Shown: positions 1-13,422 of the stretch, in pieces
How the letters are laid out: each line of letters begins with the position of its first letter
Numbering within the stretch: the first letter of the stretch is position 1
Sequence record: MK962754.1
Length of the DNA: 64,000 bases
Source of the DNA: Shigella phage JK36
Direction: 5' to 3' (one strand)
Notes under the pieces: model-generated
Told to the model about the DNA's origin: nothing
Database searches by the model: none
What the model saw: the letters and a program-made list of their open reading frames with translations, nothing else
Translations under genes and position numbers: made by a program

Positions 1-824
1 CTTTAACTATTGAAGTCGAACACTTGCGCGAAGAAATGGGGCCTCGTACTTCTTTCACTACTCCAGTGTTTAGTCGTCTTTCCGGTATTGATTTAACTTT
101 GTCGCGTCAAAATGCTGACTTGGATGGCATTAAACAGTCTATTGGGTATCCTAATACGACTTCTATTATTACTACCACTAATGCAAATAGTTCAGCAATA
201 AATGACATTAATCTTGAGCTCAATCAATCAGGTGGTATTAAACCTCGTTTGACTACGGTAGAAACTGCCATTGGCGCCGATGATTTGCCTACTACAATCC
301 AAGGACGTATTAAACTCAATACTGATGCTATCGGAGCATTGAACACTGTTGTCGGCTCTGATTCTTCGTCAGGACTGCGTTTTAATGTGTCATGGTTAAA
401 TAACGTAGTTGGTGTTGACGCTTCAGGTGGGAAACCGGAACCAGACGGCTCTTTGCTTTATCGTACTCGAGAGCTTGAAGGAACTATCAGTGGGATGAGT
501 AATGACATTCAGAACATTCAAACTGATGTTGGGACTAATAGCACAGGAATTAAGGGTTCTGTAAACACATTAAATACTCTTATAAATGGCACCAACCCAA
601 ATGGTTCGACTGTTGAAGAACGCGGTATATTGCCTACAGTTAAAAGTCATGATATGACAATTAATGGTTTAACTTCTAGAATTGCTACTCTTGAAACTGA
701 TTTGGCCGCTGCAGAAGCTGAAATCCAAACTCTTAAGGACGCTGGATATATTGAAGATGCTCCTTCAGACGGTAAATTCTATGTTCGCAAAGATGGTGCA
801 TGGGTTGAACTTCCTACAGCTTAA
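1..824 (+). CDS. wac: fibritin (whisker/neck fibre), C-terminal part; 5' end lies outside window (reading frame enters at position 3)
   Basis: Open frame from window edge to stop at 824; C-terminus GYIEDAPSDGKFYVRKDGAWVELP resembles the T4 fibritin foldon; lies directly upstream of gene 13 as in T4. Confidence 0.8.
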   Translation, partial: LTIEVEHLREEMGPRTSFTTPVFSRLSGIDLTLSRQNADLDGIKQSIGYPNTTSIITTTNANSSAINDINLELNQSGGIKPRLTTVETAIGADDLPTTIQGRIKLNTDAIGALNTVVGSDSSSGLRFNVSWLNNVVGVDASGGKPEPDGSLLYRTRELEGTISGMSNDIQNIQTDVGTNSTGIKGSVNTLNTLINGTNPNGSTVEERGILPTVKSHDMTINGLTSRIATLETDLAAAEAEIQTLKDAGYIEDAPSDGKFYVRKDGAWVELPTA

Positions 825-856
825 TGAAAAGGGCCTTCGGGCCCTAAAGGATTTAT

Positions 857-1783
857 ATGTCAGGTTATAATGCACAAAACCCTAAAGAATTAAAGGATGT
901 AATATTACGTCGTTTAGGCGCTCCTATTGTAAATGTTGAATTAACTACGGACCAAATTTATGATTGTATTTCACGAGCGTTAGAACTTTATGGCGAATAC
1001 CATTTTGACGGGTTGAATAAAGGTTTCCATGTATTTTTTGTTGATGACGAAGAAAAATACCGTCACGGCGTATTTGATATGCGTGGTTCTAACGTATTTG
1101 CCGTAACAAGAATTATAAGAACAAATGTTGGCTCTATTACTTCAATGGATGGTAATGCAACTTATCCATGGTTCACCGATTTCCTTTTAGGAATGGCTGG
1201 TGTTTCAGGTGGTATGGGTAGTAATTGTGGTAAATTCTACGGTCCGAACGCTTTTGGCGCTGACCTCGGGTATTATTCTCAATTAGTATCTTATATGGGT
1301 ATGCTTCAAGATATGATTGCTCCTCTTCCAGATTTTTGGTTTAACTCTGCAAACGAGCAATTAAAAGTAATGGGTAACTTTAGACAGAAAGATGTCATTA
1401 TCGTTGAATCGTATGTTCGCTCTTATATCGAGACCCATAAGATGGTAGGAAATACAGTAGGGTACGGACAGGTTGGTCCTCGTGATTCATGGTCTATTTC
1501 TGAACGTTATGATAATCCAGACCATAATTTGGTCGGACGTCGAGTTGGTGAAGATCCTGCAACTAAACAAGGCGCATATAACAACCGCTGGGTTAAAGAT
1601 TATGCAACTGCATTAGCTAAAGAGCTTAATGGACAAATTCTTGCTAAACATCAAGGTATGATGTTACCTGGTGGCGTCACTGTTGATGGTGTTCGATTAA
1701 TTGAAGAAGCTCGTTTAGAGAAAGAAGCTTTACGAGAAGAGTTATATTTACTGGACCCTCCTGCAGGTATTTTGGTAGGTTAA
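857..1783 (+). CDS. 13: neck protein gp13
   Basis: 308-aa ORF; position wac-13-14 and length match T4 gp13 (from memory). Confidence 0.85.
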   Translation: MSGYNAQNPKELKDVILRRLGAPIVNVELTTDQIYDCISRALELYGEYHFDGLNKGFHVFFVDDEEKYRHGVFDMRGSNVFAVTRIIRTNVGSITSMDGNATYPWFTDFLLGMAGVSGGMGSNCGKFYGPNAFGADLGYYSQLVSYMGMLQDMIAPLPDFWFNSANEQLKVMGNFRQKDVIIVESYVRSYIETHKMVGNTVGYGQVGPRDSWSISERYDNPDHNLVGRRVGEDPATKQGAYNNRWVKDYATALAKELNGQILAKHQGMMLPGGVTVDGVRLIEEARLEKEALREELYLLDPPAGILVG

Positions 1784-1784
1784 T

Positions 1785-2549
1785 ATGGCAACTTATGATA
1801 AAAATCTTTTCGCCAAGCTAGAAAATCGTGGTGGGTATTCTCAGACAAATGAGACCGAAATCCTCAATCCATTTGTCAATTTTAATAATTATGAGAATAG
1901 TCAGACATTAGCCGATGTTCTAGTGGCAGAAAGCATACAGATGCGCGGTATTGAATGTTTTTATGTTCCACGTGAATATGTTGCCGTGGACCTTATCTTT
2001 GGTGAGGACCTTAAAAATAAATTTACTAAAGCATGGAAATTTGCTGCATATCTGAACTCTTTTGAAGGTTATGAAGGAGCGAAATCGTTCTTCAGCAACT
2101 TCGGAATGCAAGTTCAAGACGAGGTTACATTATCTATTAACCCGGGCCTTTTCAAACACCAGGTCAACAATCAGGAGCCTAAGGAAGGTGATTTAATATA
2201 CTTCCCAATGGACAACAGTTTGTTTGAGATTAACTGGGTTGAACCATATGACCCATTCTATCAAGTAGGTAAAAATGCGATTCGTAAAATTACTGCAGGC
2301 AAGTTTATTTACTCTGGCGAAGAAATCAATCCGGTGCTTCAGAAAAATGAAGGTATCAATATACCTGAATTTAGTGACTTGGAACTTAACCCTGTTAGAA
2401 ATCTTGACGGTATCCATGACATTAATATCGATGAATATTCTGAAGTTGAGCAAATCAATTCAGAGGCAAGTGAATACGTTGAGCCGTATGTAGTAGTTAA
2501 CAACCGTGGTAGACAAAATTCACCATTTGACGATGGGTTTATGAATTAA
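1785..2549 (+). CDS. 14: neck protein gp14
   Basis: 254-aa ORF immediately after gene 13; T4 synteny. Confidence 0.85.
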   Translation: MATYDKNLFAKLENRGGYSQTNETEILNPFVNFNNYENSQTLADVLVAESIQMRGIECFYVPREYVAVDLIFGEDLKNKFTKAWKFAAYLNSFEGYEGAKSFFSNFGMQVQDEVTLSINPGLFKHQVNNQEPKEGDLIYFPMDNSLFEINWVEPYDPFYQVGKNAIRKITAGKFIYSGEEINPVLQKNEGINIPEFSDLELNPVRNLDGIHDINIDEYSEVEQINSEASEYVEPYVVVNNRGRQNSPFDDGFMN

Positions 2550-2573
2550 TAAATAGATAAGATAAAGCAAACA

Positions 2574-2589
2574 CCGGTCGAAAGGCCGG
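2574..2589 (+). other. GNRA-loop hairpin (CCGGTC-GAAA-GGCCGG) between genes 14 and 15
   Basis: 6-bp stem with GAAA loop directly upstream of the gene 15 RBS; no T-run, so RNA structure rather than clear terminator. Confidence 0.3.
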
Positions 2590-2601
2590 TTAGGAGAAAT
2601 G

Positions 2602-3423
2602 ATGTTTGGTTATTTTTACAACTCGTCGTTCAGGCGATATATCACAATGATGGGCGATTTGTTTTCAAATATCCAAGTTAACCGTCAATTGTCTACAGGC
2701 AATAAATTAATTAGAGTTCCTATTACGTATGCATCTAAAGAGCACTTTATGATGAAACTTAATAAATGGACCTCTATAAACTCACAAGAAGATGTGGCTA
2801 AAGTCGAAACTATTCTACCACGTATAAATCTCCAAATGGTAGATTTCGTTTATAACCCAACGTTTAAAACGAATATATTGAATAACTCTCTTTTGAGTAA
2901 ATCGACTAAGGATATTGTAGACCAATACAACCCATCACCAATTAAAATGATTTTTGAACTGAGCATCTTTACTCGTTATGAAGATGATATGTTCCAAATT
3001 GTTGAGCAAATTATTCCATATTTTCAGCCGCATTTTAATACGACTATGATTGAGCAATATGGGCAGGATATTCCATTTGAAAGGGATATTAAAGTCGTAT
3101 GGATGGCAGCAGCAATGGATGAACAAATAGACGGTGATAATTTATCTCGTCGACGTTTAGAGTGGTCATTAACATTTGAAGTAAATGGATGGATGTATCC
3201 TCCGGTAGGCGCAGCTGAAGGCCTTATTAAAACGACTTATCTTGATTTTCATGCTAATGAACGAGACCTTCAAACAGCCGCCAGTGTTTTTGAATCAGTT
3301 GATACAGAAATTAAACCGAGAGACGTTGAAGCACAAGATTGGAATGGTGAAGTTGAACAAACTTATACTCATGATATTCCAATCCCGACTCCACCAACCC
3401 CTCCTGGTCCTAGAAAACAATAA
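2602..3423 (+). CDS. 15: tail sheath stabiliser / tail completion protein gp15
   Basis: ORF track starts at 2599 (MMFGY...); second ATG at 2602 has better spacing to AGGAG at 2592-2596; N-terminus MFGYFYNSSFRRY matches my memory of T4 gp15. Confidence 0.85.
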   Translation: MFGYFYNSSFRRYITMMGDLFSNIQVNRQLSTGNKLIRVPITYASKEHFMMKLNKWTSINSQEDVAKVETILPRINLQMVDFVYNPTFKTNILNNSLLSKSTKDIVDQYNPSPIKMIFELSIFTRYEDDMFQIVEQIIPYFQPHFNTTMIEQYGQDIPFERDIKVVWMAAAMDEQIDGDNLSRRRLEWSLTFEVNGWMYPPVGAAEGLIKTTYLDFHANERDLQTAASVFESVDTEIKPRDVEAQDWNGEVEQTYTHDIPIPTPPTPPGPRKQ

Positions 3424-5749
<2,326 letters not shown>

Positions 5750-5776
5750 AAATAAAGCAAATTAAGAGGAATTAAA

Positions 5777-7759
5777 ATGTCACTTCTCTCTCCGGGCGTT
5801 GAGCTCAAAGAAACTACCGTACAGAGTACTGTAGTTAATAACTCCACTGGTACTGCTGCCCTGGCTGGAAAATTCCAATGGGGACCTGCATTCCAGATTA
5901 AACAAATCACTGATGAAGTTGCATTAGTTGATATGTTTGGTACTCCTAATACGGATACAGCAGATTATTTCATGTCTGCTATGAACTTCCTTCAATATGG
6001 TAATGACCTTCGTGTTGTACGCGCAGTTGACCGTGATACTGCTAAGAACTCATCTCCTGTAGCAGGCAATATTGAATTCACAATCTCTGCTGCTGGTAGT
6101 AACTATGCAGTTGGTGATAAAATTATCGTTAAGTATTTGACCGAAACTGTTGAAGCAGATGGTTATGTCACTTCAGTTGATGTCGATGGTAAAATTCTTA
6201 ACATTTATATCCCAACCGGTAAAATTATTGCTCGTGCAAAAGAAATTAATGAATATCCGGCATTGGGTTCTAACTGGACCGCCGAAGTTGCCAGTTCTTC
6301 TTCTGGACTCTCTGGCGTTATTACAATTGGTTCTATCGTAACCGATTCGGGTATTCTGTTAACTGAAGTTGAAACTTCTGAAGAAGCTATTACTTCTCTA
6401 ACTTTCCAAGAATCTATTAAAAAATATGGTGTCCCAGGCGTAGTTGCTCTTTATCCTGGTGAACTTGGCGACCAGCTCGAAATTGAAATCGTATCTAAAG
6501 CAGACTACGACAAAGGTGCTTCAGCCCAGTTAAAAATTTATCCTGATGGTGGTACTCGCGCATCTACTGCTAAAGCAATATTTGGGTATGGCCCACAAAC
6601 TGATGACCAATATGCAATTATCGTTCGTCGTAACGATGCTGTAGTCCAGAGTGTAGTTCTTTCTACTAAACGCGGTGAACGCGATATTTATGGTAGTAAT
6701 ATCTTTATTGATGATTTCTTTGCTAAAGGCGCAAGCAATTATATTTTCGCTACTGCACAAGGTTGGCCAAAAGGTTTCTCTGGCGTAATCAAACTGGGTG
6801 GTGGCTTATCATCTAATGAAACGGTTGACGCTGGTGATTTAATGGAAGCTTGGGATTTGTTTGCTGACCGTGAATCTGTTAATGCGCAGTTGTTTATTGC
6901 CGGTTCTTGTGCAGGTGAATCTTTAGAAGTTGCTTCTACAGTTCAGAAACATGTTGTAGCAATTGGTGATTCTCGTCAAGATTGCTTGGTTCTTTGCTCA
7001 CCGCCACGTGCAACTATAGTCGGTATTCCTGTTAATCGTGCAGTTGATAATCTGGTTGATTGGCGTACTGCGTCAGGAACTTACACTGATAATAACTTTA
7101 ATGTAAGTTCTACTTATGCTGCTATTGACGGTAACTATAAATATCAATATGACAAATATAATGACGTGAATCGTTGGGTTCCATTAGCTGCTGATATCGC
7201 TGGTCTTTGTGCTCGTACAGACAATATTTCTCAGCCTTGGATGTCTCCAGCCGGTTATAACCGTGGACAAATTCTTAACGTTATTAAGCTTGCAATTGAA
7301 ACTCGTCAACCACAGCGTGATCGTTTGTATCAGGAAGCTATTAACCCTGTTACTGGTACCGGTGGTGATGGGTATGTTCTGTACGGTGATAAAACTGCCA
7401 CTTCTGTTCCTTCACCATTTGACCGTATTAACGTTCGTCGTTTGTTCAATATGGTTAAAACGAACATTGGTTCAGCATCCAAATATCGCCTGTTTGAATT
7501 GAACAACGCATTTACCCGTTCTTCTTTCCGTACAGAGACTTCTCAATATCTACAGGGTATTAAAGCTCTCGGTGGTGTATATAACTTTAAAGTTGTTTGT
7601 GATACTACCAATAACACCCCAGCAGTTATCGACCGTAATGAATTTGTAGCTACTTTCTACTTACAACCTGCCCGCTCGATAAATTATATTACGTTGAACT
7701 TTGTAGCAACAGCAACTGGTGCCGATTTCGACGAACTGATTGGTGCTGTAGGTGGTTAA
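5777..7759 (+). CDS. 18: tail sheath protein gp18
   Basis: 660-aa ORF; position and length as in T4. Confidence 0.9.
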   Translation: MSLLSPGVELKETTVQSTVVNNSTGTAALAGKFQWGPAFQIKQITDEVALVDMFGTPNTDTADYFMSAMNFLQYGNDLRVVRAVDRDTAKNSSPVAGNIEFTISAAGSNYAVGDKIIVKYLTETVEADGYVTSVDVDGKILNIYIPTGKIIARAKEINEYPALGSNWTAEVASSSSGLSGVITIGSIVTDSGILLTEVETSEEAITSLTFQESIKKYGVPGVVALYPGELGDQLEIEIVSKADYDKGASAQLKIYPDGGTRASTAKAIFGYGPQTDDQYAIIVRRNDAVVQSVVLSTKRGERDIYGSNIFIDDFFAKGASNYIFATAQGWPKGFSGVIKLGGGLSSNETVDAGDLMEAWDLFADRESVNAQLFIAGSCAGESLEVASTVQKHVVAIGDSRQDCLVLCSPPRATIVGIPVNRAVDNLVDWRTASGTYTDNNFNVSSTYAAIDGNYKYQYDKYNDVNRWVPLAADIAGLCARTDNISQPWMSPAGYNRGQILNVIKLAIETRQPQRDRLYQEAINPVTGTGGDGYVLYGDKTATSVPSPFDRINVRRLFNMVKTNIGSASKYRLFELNNAFTRSSFRTETSQYLQGIKALGGVYNFKVVCDTTNNTPAVIDRNEFVATFYLQPARSINYITLNFVATATGADFDELIGAVGG

Positions 7760-7770
7760 TAAGACGCCTG

Positions 7771-7792
7771 ATGGGCTATTTCGGTAGCCCAT
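7771..7792 (+). terminator. UUCG-loop hairpin after gene 18 (ATGGGCTAT-TTCG-GTAGCCCAT)
   Basis: 9-bp stem with TTCG loop just after the gene 18 stop; abuts a late promoter box. Confidence 0.45.
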
Positions 7793-7799
7793 ATAAATA
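7792..7799 (+). promoter_or_regulatory. late promoter box TATAAATA upstream of gene 19
   Basis: Exact TATAAATA in the 18/19 intergenic region. Confidence 0.55.
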
Positions 7800-7871
7800 T
7801 ACTATATCGTTTAAAAATTAATTCTATGGGCATCAGGTTAATCCTAAGCCCATATTACTACAGAGGCTAAT

Positions 7872-8363
7872 ATGTTTGTAGATGACGTAACTCGTGCCTT
7901 CGAATCAGGTGATTTCGCTCGCCCTAACCTGTTCGAAGTAGAAATCTCTTATCTTGGGCAAAACTTTAGCTTCCAGTGTCGTGCTACGGCTCTTCCTGCT
8001 GCGATTGTTGAAAAGGTTCCTGTTTCTTATATGAACCGTAAAATTAACGTGGCCGGTGATCGTACATTCGATGATTGGACTATTACAGTAATGAACGATG
8101 ATGCTCATAGCATTCGTCAGAAATTTGTTGATTGGCAAGGTATTGCAGCAGGACAAGGTAATGAAATTACCGGTGGTAAACCTGCTGAATATAAAAAGTC
8201 TGCTATCGTTCGTCAATTTGCTCGTGATGCTAAAACGGTCACTAAAGAAGTTGAAATTGTCGGTTTGTGGCCTACTAACGTTGGTGAAGTATCTCTTGAT
8301 TGGGATTCGAATAACGAGATTGAAACGTTCGAAGTAACTCTTGCTCTTGATTGGTGGGAATAA
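7872..8363 (+). CDS. 19: tail tube protein gp19
   Basis: 163-aa ORF after gene 18; T4 synteny. Confidence 0.9.
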   Translation: MFVDDVTRAFESGDFARPNLFEVEISYLGQNFSFQCRATALPAAIVEKVPVSYMNRKINVAGDRTFDDWTITVMNDDAHSIRQKFVDWQGIAAGQGNEITGGKPAEYKKSAIVRQFARDAKTVTKEVEIVGLWPTNVGEVSLDWDSNNEIETFEVTLALDWWE

Positions 8364-8411
8364 TCTGGTTGGGGAGAAATCCCCAGCTTCCCGTGATGAC
8401 GGAGAAGTCCA

Positions 8412-8419
8412 TATAAATA
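8412..8419 (+). promoter_or_regulatory. late promoter box TATAAATA upstream of gene 20
   Basis: Exact TATAAATA 29 nt upstream of the portal ATG. Confidence 0.6.
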
Positions 8420-8447
8420 TAACTATAATTCCCATTCGGAGAATACA

Positions 8448-10019
8448 ATGAAATTTAATATCTTAAGTTTGTTTGCTCCATGGGCAAAAATGGACGAACG
8501 TGATTACAAAGACCAAGAAAAAGAAAATTTAGAATCTATCACAGCACCAAAATTGGACGACGGCGCTAAAGAATACGAAGTATCTGAAAATGAAGCACAG
8601 CAAACATATAATGCCATGTTTCAGAGAATGTTCGGTAGTCAAGAACCAGGGCTCAAATCAACCCGTGAATTAATCGATACGTATCGAAATTTGATGACGA
8701 ACTATGAAGTGGATAATGCAGTCTCTGAAATAGTTTCCGATGCTATCGTGTATGAAGATGATACAGAAGTCGTTTCTATAAATTTAGACAACACAAAATT
8801 TAGTCCAAATATCAAATCAATGATGTTGGATGAATTTAACGAAGTGTTGAATCATTTATCTTTCCAACGTAAAGGTTCAGATCATTTTAGACGTTGGTAT
8901 GTGGATTCTCGAATTTTCTTCCATAAAATTATTGACCCTAAACGCCCTAAAGAAGGTATTAAAGAGCTTCGTCGTTTAGACCCACGTCAAGTTCAATATG
9001 TCCGTGAAGTTATTACAACCACTGAAGCTGGTGTTAAAATAGTCAAGGGTTATAAAGAATATTTCATTTATGACACATCACACGAATCTTATGCTTGTGA
9101 TGGTCGCATATATGAAGCGGGCACAAAAATAAAAATCCCTAAAGCCGCGATTGTTTACGCCCATTCTGGTTTAGTTGATTGTTGTGGTAAAAATATCATC
9201 GGTTATTTGCATCGGGCTATTAAGCCAGCGAACCAATTAAAACTTCTTGAAGATGCTGTCGTAATTTATCGTATTACTCGTGCTCCCGATCGTCGTGTAT
9301 GGTACGTTGATACAGGTAATATGCCTTCAAGAAAAGCAGCAGAACATATGCAACATGTTATGAATACGATGAAAAACCGTATTGCATATGATGCTACTAC
9401 AGGCAAGATTAAAAACCAACAGCATATTATGTCGATGACCGAAGATTATTGGTTACAACGACGTGATGGTAAAGCAGTAACAGAAGTTGATACATTACCA
9501 GGTGCAGATAATACCGGAAATATGGAAGATGTACGTTGGTTCCGTAATGCGCTTTATATGGCTTTACGTATTCCTATTACCCGTATTCCAAGTGACCAAG
9601 GTGGTATACAGTTTGATGCTGGTACTTCTATTACACGAGATGAATTGTCATTTGGTAAATTTATTCGTGAGCTGCAACATAAATTTGAAGAGATATTCCT
9701 AGACCCGCTTAAAACTAATTTAATTCTTAAAGGAATTATTACAGAAGATGAGTGGAATGATGAAATAAATAATATTAAGATAAAATTTCATCGGGATAGT
9801 TATTTCTCGGAATTAAAGGATGCTGAGATTCTGGAGCGTCGCATTAATATGCTTCAGATGGCCGAACCATTTATTGGTAAATATATTTCTCACAGAACAG
9901 CTATGAAAGATATTCTTCAGATGTCTGACGAGGAAATTGAACAAGAGGCTAAGCAAATTGAAGAAGAGTCGAAAGAGGCTCGTTTCCAAGACCCCGACCA
10001 AGAACAAGAGGATTTTTAA
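8448..10019 (+). CDS. 20: portal vertex protein gp20
   Basis: 523-aa ORF; N-terminus [18 protein letters not shown] and much of the body match my memory of T4 gp20. Confidence 0.92.
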   Translation: MKFNILSLFAPWAKMDERDYKDQEKENLESITAPKLDDGAKEYEVSENEAQQTYNAMFQRMFGSQEPGLKSTRELIDTYRNLMTNYEVDNAVSEIVSDAIVYEDDTEVVSINLDNTKFSPNIKSMMLDEFNEVLNHLSFQRKGSDHFRRWYVDSRIFFHKIIDPKRPKEGIKELRRLDPRQVQYVREVITTTEAGVKIVKGYKEYFIYDTSHESYACDGRIYEAGTKIKIPKAAIVYAHSGLVDCCGKNIIGYLHRAIKPANQLKLLEDAVVIYRITRAPDRRVWYVDTGNMPSRKAAEHMQHVMNTMKNRIAYDATTGKIKNQQHIMSMTEDYWLQRRDGKAVTEVDTLPGADNTGNMEDVRWFRNALYMALRIPITRIPSDQGGIQFDAGTSITRDELSFGKFIRELQHKFEEIFLDPLKTNLILKGIITEDEWNDEINNIKIKFHRDSYFSELKDAEILERRINMLQMAEPFIGKYISHRTAMKDILQMSDEEIEQEAKQIEEESKEARFQDPDQEQEDF

Positions 10020-10258
10020 TGGACGATTTAATTCAAGCTATTAAATCAAACGACCTCGTTGCTACTCGAAAGTTTTTTGAAAGTGCAATGGCAGAAAAAA
10101 CGGTTCGTTTGATTGAAGCACGCAAAGCAGAAATCGCTTCTCAATTTTTGATTGAAGGCGAAGAACCTGAAGAAGAAGAAAAGAAAGCTAAAGCTTCGGA
10201 AGACGACGCTGATGAAGGCGATGACGACGAAGACGAAGATGATGAGGACGATGAATAA
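10019..10258 (+). CDS. 67: prohead core protein gp67 (acidic C-terminus)
   Basis: 79-aa ORF ending in a poly-Asp/Glu tail; between 20 and 68 as in T4. Confidence 0.8.
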   Translation: MDDLIQAIKSNDLVATRKFFESAMAEKTVRLIEARKAEIASQFLIEGEEPEEEEKKAKASEDDADEGDDDEDEDDEDDE

Positions 10259-10683
10259 TGTATCTTATCCCTGAATCTTATGAATTGGTACTCGAAAATG
10301 TCGAAGCACTTATTCCTGAAGCACAGGGCCGAATCGATGCATTGTCTTCTGCTCTCGATATTGACGATATAAATACTATTATCGAGAACATGCTTGAAAC
10401 TGAAACGGATTTAGCTGTTGCAATGGCTTCCATTATTAATGAAGAACAGTTAAATGAGTTTATCGTTAAACATGTTTCTTCTCGTGGTGAAGTCACCCGC
10501 ACTAAAGACCGTAAAACTCGTGAACGTAACGCGTTCCAAACCACTGGTCTTTCTAAAGCAAAACGTAGACAAATCGCTCGTAAGGTCGTTAAAGCTAAAA
10601 AAGCTAACCCTTCAGGCCAAGTTAAAGGCTTGCGTAAGCGTAAAAAGGCTCTTAAACGTCGTAAAGCATTAGGATTAAGCTAA
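10258..10683 (+). CDS. 68: prohead core protein gp68
   Basis: 141-aa ORF, basic C-terminus; T4 synteny. Confidence 0.8.
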   Translation: MYLIPESYELVLENVEALIPEAQGRIDALSSALDIDDINTIIENMLETETDLAVAMASIINEEQLNEFIVKHVSSRGEVTRTKDRKTRERNAFQTTGLSKAKRRQIARKVVKAKKANPSGQVKGLRKRKKALKRRKALGLS

Positions 10684-11324
10684 TGAATAAACCCGAGTTA
10701 CTTATTGAAACTTGGGGTCAACCCGGTGAGATTATTGATGGCGTTCCAATGTTGGAATCTCATGATGGAAAAGATTCTGGCTTAAAACCAGGGCTTTATA
10801 TAGAAGGTATTTTTCTTCAGGCAGAGGTTGTTAACCGAAATAAACGTTTATATCCTAAACGCGTTTTGGAAAAAGCAGTAAGTGACTATATTAAAGAACA
10901 AGTCGCAACCAAACAAGCCCTTGGAGAATTAAACCATCCACCTCGTGCAAATGTTGACCCTATGCAAGCCGCTATCATTATCGAAGATATGTGGTGGAAA
11001 GGAAACGATGTATATGGACGTGCTAGAATTATTGAAGGCGACCATGGTCCCGGCGATAAATTAGCTGCTAATATACGAGCTGGTTGGATTCCAGGTGTTT
11101 CCTCTCGTGGTCTTGGTTCTTTAACCGACACCAATAAAGGGTACCGTATCGTGAACGAAGGATTTAAATTAACCGTCGGCGTAGATGCCGTATGGGGACC
11201 TTCTGCTCCAGATGCTTGGGTTACTCCTAAACAAATATCAGAATCAGAAAATTCGGTGGAAATCACCAAAAACAGTGCTGACGAAGCATTTAAAGCTCTC
11301 GCAGAGAGTTTAAAAGCATTATAA
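10683..11324 (+). CDS. 21: prohead core scaffold protease gp21
   Basis: 213-aa ORF; position 68-21-22. Confidence 0.88.
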   Translation: MNKPELLIETWGQPGEIIDGVPMLESHDGKDSGLKPGLYIEGIFLQAEVVNRNKRLYPKRVLEKAVSDYIKEQVATKQALGELNHPPRANVDPMQAAIIIEDMWWKGNDVYGRARIIEGDHGPGDKLAANIRAGWIPGVSSRGLGSLTDTNKGYRIVNEGFKLTVGVDAVWGPSAPDAWVTPKQISESENSVEITKNSADEAFKALAESLKAL

Positions 11325-11327
11325 ATA
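11320..11327 (+). promoter_or_regulatory. late promoter box TATAAATA upstream of gene 22
   Basis: Exact TATAAATA 30 nt upstream of the gene 22 ATG. Confidence 0.55.
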
Positions 11328-11357
11328 ATAATGTAATCTAAACCACAGGACACTAAA

Positions 11358-12170
11358 ATGATCAAAGAACAACTTTTGAAAGAAGCTCAGAACATCGAGA
11401 CTTCAGTTGCTCTTAATAGTGTTTTCGAATCAGTAGAACTGTCTCCGGACGTTAAAGCTAATTTCAGCACTGTATTCGAAGCCACCGTTAAGCAGGAAGC
11501 AGTCAAACTTGCTGAATCTCATATCAAAGCCATCGCCGAAAAGGCCGAAGAAGAAGTTGAAAAGGCTAAAGAAGATGCTGAAGAGAAAGCTGATAAAAAA
11601 TTGGCTGAACAAGCTTCTAAATTCCTAGACCATCTTGCAAAAGAATGGCTCGCAGAAAACCAAATCGCAGTTGATAAAGGCATTAAAGCTGATTTGTTCG
11701 AATCCATGCTTGGTGGTCTGAAAGAACTGTTTGTTGAACATAACGTTGTTGTTCCAGAAGAATCTGTAGATGTTGTAGCAGAAATGGAAGAAGAGCTGGC
11801 CGAACATAAAGAAGAAACCGCTCGTTTGTTCGAAGAAGTTACCAAACGTGATGCATATATCAATTACGTTCAGCGTGAAACCGCTATTAATGAAAGCGTA
11901 AAAGACCTGACTGAATCTCAGAAAGAAAAAGTTATTGGCCTGGTTGAAGGTATGGATTATTCTGACGCATTTGGTACTAAGTTAACTGCTATTGTAGAAA
12001 TGGTTAAAGGTTCTACTAAAGAAGAAGCCGCTATTACCGAAAGTATAAATACAGTTGACAATGACGCTGCCGGTCTTAATTTTGTTGCCGAAGCAGTTGA
12101 CACTACCACAACTCAGGTAGAACAGAATTCTAATGTAAGTTTATATGCGAAAGTCGCATCTCGTTTCTAA
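11358..12170 (+). CDS. 22: prohead scaffolding core protein gp22
   Basis: 270-aa Glu/Lys-rich coiled-coil-like ORF directly before the major capsid gene. Confidence 0.85.
   Translation: MIKEQLLKEAQNIETSVALNSVFESVELSPDVKANFSTVFEATVKQEAVKLAESHIKAIAEKAEEEVEKAKEDAEEKADKKLAEQASKFLDHLAKEWLAENQIAVDKGIKADLFESMLGGLKELFVEHNVVVPEESVDVVAEMEEELAEHKEETARLFEEVTKRDAYINYVQRETAINESVKDLTESQKEKVIGLVEGMDYSDAFGTKLTAIVEMVKGSTKEEAAITESINTVDNDAAGLNFVAEAVDTTTTQVEQNSNVSLYAKVASRF
12044..12051 (+). promoter_or_regulatory. candidate late promoter box TATAAATA inside the 3' part of gene 22 (possible gene 23 promoter)
   Basis: Exact TATAAATA 137 nt upstream of the gene 23 ATG; assignment is inference. Confidence 0.35.
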
Positions 12171-12577
12171 TTTAAAGGTTAACACAAATGACTACTATCA
12201 AAACTAAAGCTCAGCTCGTAGACAAATGGAAAGAACTGCTGGAAGGTGAAGGCCTGCCGGAAATCGCTAATAGCAAGCAGGCTATTATCGCTAAAATCTT
12301 CGAAAACCAGGAAAAAGATTTCGAAGTATCCCCTGAATATAAAGACGAGAAAATCGCTCAGGCATTTGGTTCTTTCTTGACCGAAGCTGAAATTGGTGGT
12401 GACCATGGTTATAATGCTCAGAACATCGCAGCGGGTCAAACCTCTGGTGCAGTAACCCAAATTGGGCCGGCAGTTATGGGTATGGTTCGTCGTGCTATTC
12501 CTAATCTGATCGCTTTTGATATTTGTGGTGTTCAGCCTATGAACAGCCCGACCGGTCAGGTATTTGCTCTCCGTGCA

Positions 12578-13422
12578 GTATATGGTAAAGACCCTATCGC
12601 TGCTGGCGCTAAAGAAGCTTTCCATCCGATGTATGCTCCAGATGCGATGTTCTCTGGTCAGGGTGCTGCTAAGAAATTCCCAGCTCTGGCTGCTGACACT
12701 ACTACTGTTGTAGGTGATATCTATACTCACTTCTTCCAAGAAACTGGTACTGTATATCTGCAAGCTTCTGCTGTCGTAACACTTGATTCTGGTGCAACTG
12801 ATGCAGCTAAATTAGATGCAGAAGTTAAGAAACAAATGGAAGCTGGTGCACTGGTAGAAATCGCTGAAGGTATGGCTACTTCTATCGCTGAACTCCAGGA
12901 AGGTTTCAACGGTTCTACCGATAACCCATGGAATGAAATGGGCTTCCGTATCGATAAACAAGTTATCGAAGCTAAATCTCGCCAGCTGAAAGCTGCTTAC
13001 TCTATCGAATTAGCACAAGACCTCCGTGCAGTACACGGTATGGATGCTGATGCTGAATTGAGCGGTATTCTGGCTACAGAAATTATGCTAGAAATCAACC
13101 GTGAAGTTGTTGATTGGATTAACTACTCTGCACAGGTTGGTAAATCTGGTATGACCCTGACTCCGGGTTCTAAAGCTGGTGTATTTGACTTCCAGGACCC
13201 GATTGATATCCGTGGTGCTCGTTGGGCCGGTGAAAGCTTTAAATCTCTGTTGTTCCAGATTCATAAAGAAGCAGTTGAAATTGCTCGTCAAACCGGTCGC
13301 GGTGAAGGTAACTTCATTATCGCTTCCCGTAACGTAGTTAACGTACTGGCTTCAGTTGATACTGGTATTTCTTACGCTGCACAGGGTCTGGCTTCTGGTT
13401 TTAATACCGACACTACTAAGTC
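12578..13422 (+). repeat. tandem duplication copy 1 (845 bp) within gene 23
   Basis: Aligns to 13423..14267 at offset 845; left flank differs at 12577 (a) vs 13422 (c); by eye the only mismatch is 13262 c vs 14107 g. Confidence 0.9.

Noticed and set aside
7905-8435. 176-aa minus-strand ORF across gene 19
   Set aside because: Fully antisense to the well-supported tail tube gene, no RBS or promoter motif; typical spurious ORF in AT-rich sequence.
10886-11365. 159-aa minus-strand ORF across gene 21
   Set aside because: Antisense to the prohead protease gene in a plus-strand late operon; no start signals.
11519-11863. 114-aa Ser-rich minus-strand ORF inside gene 22
   Set aside because: Low-complexity antisense translation of the Glu/Lys-rich scaffold gene.
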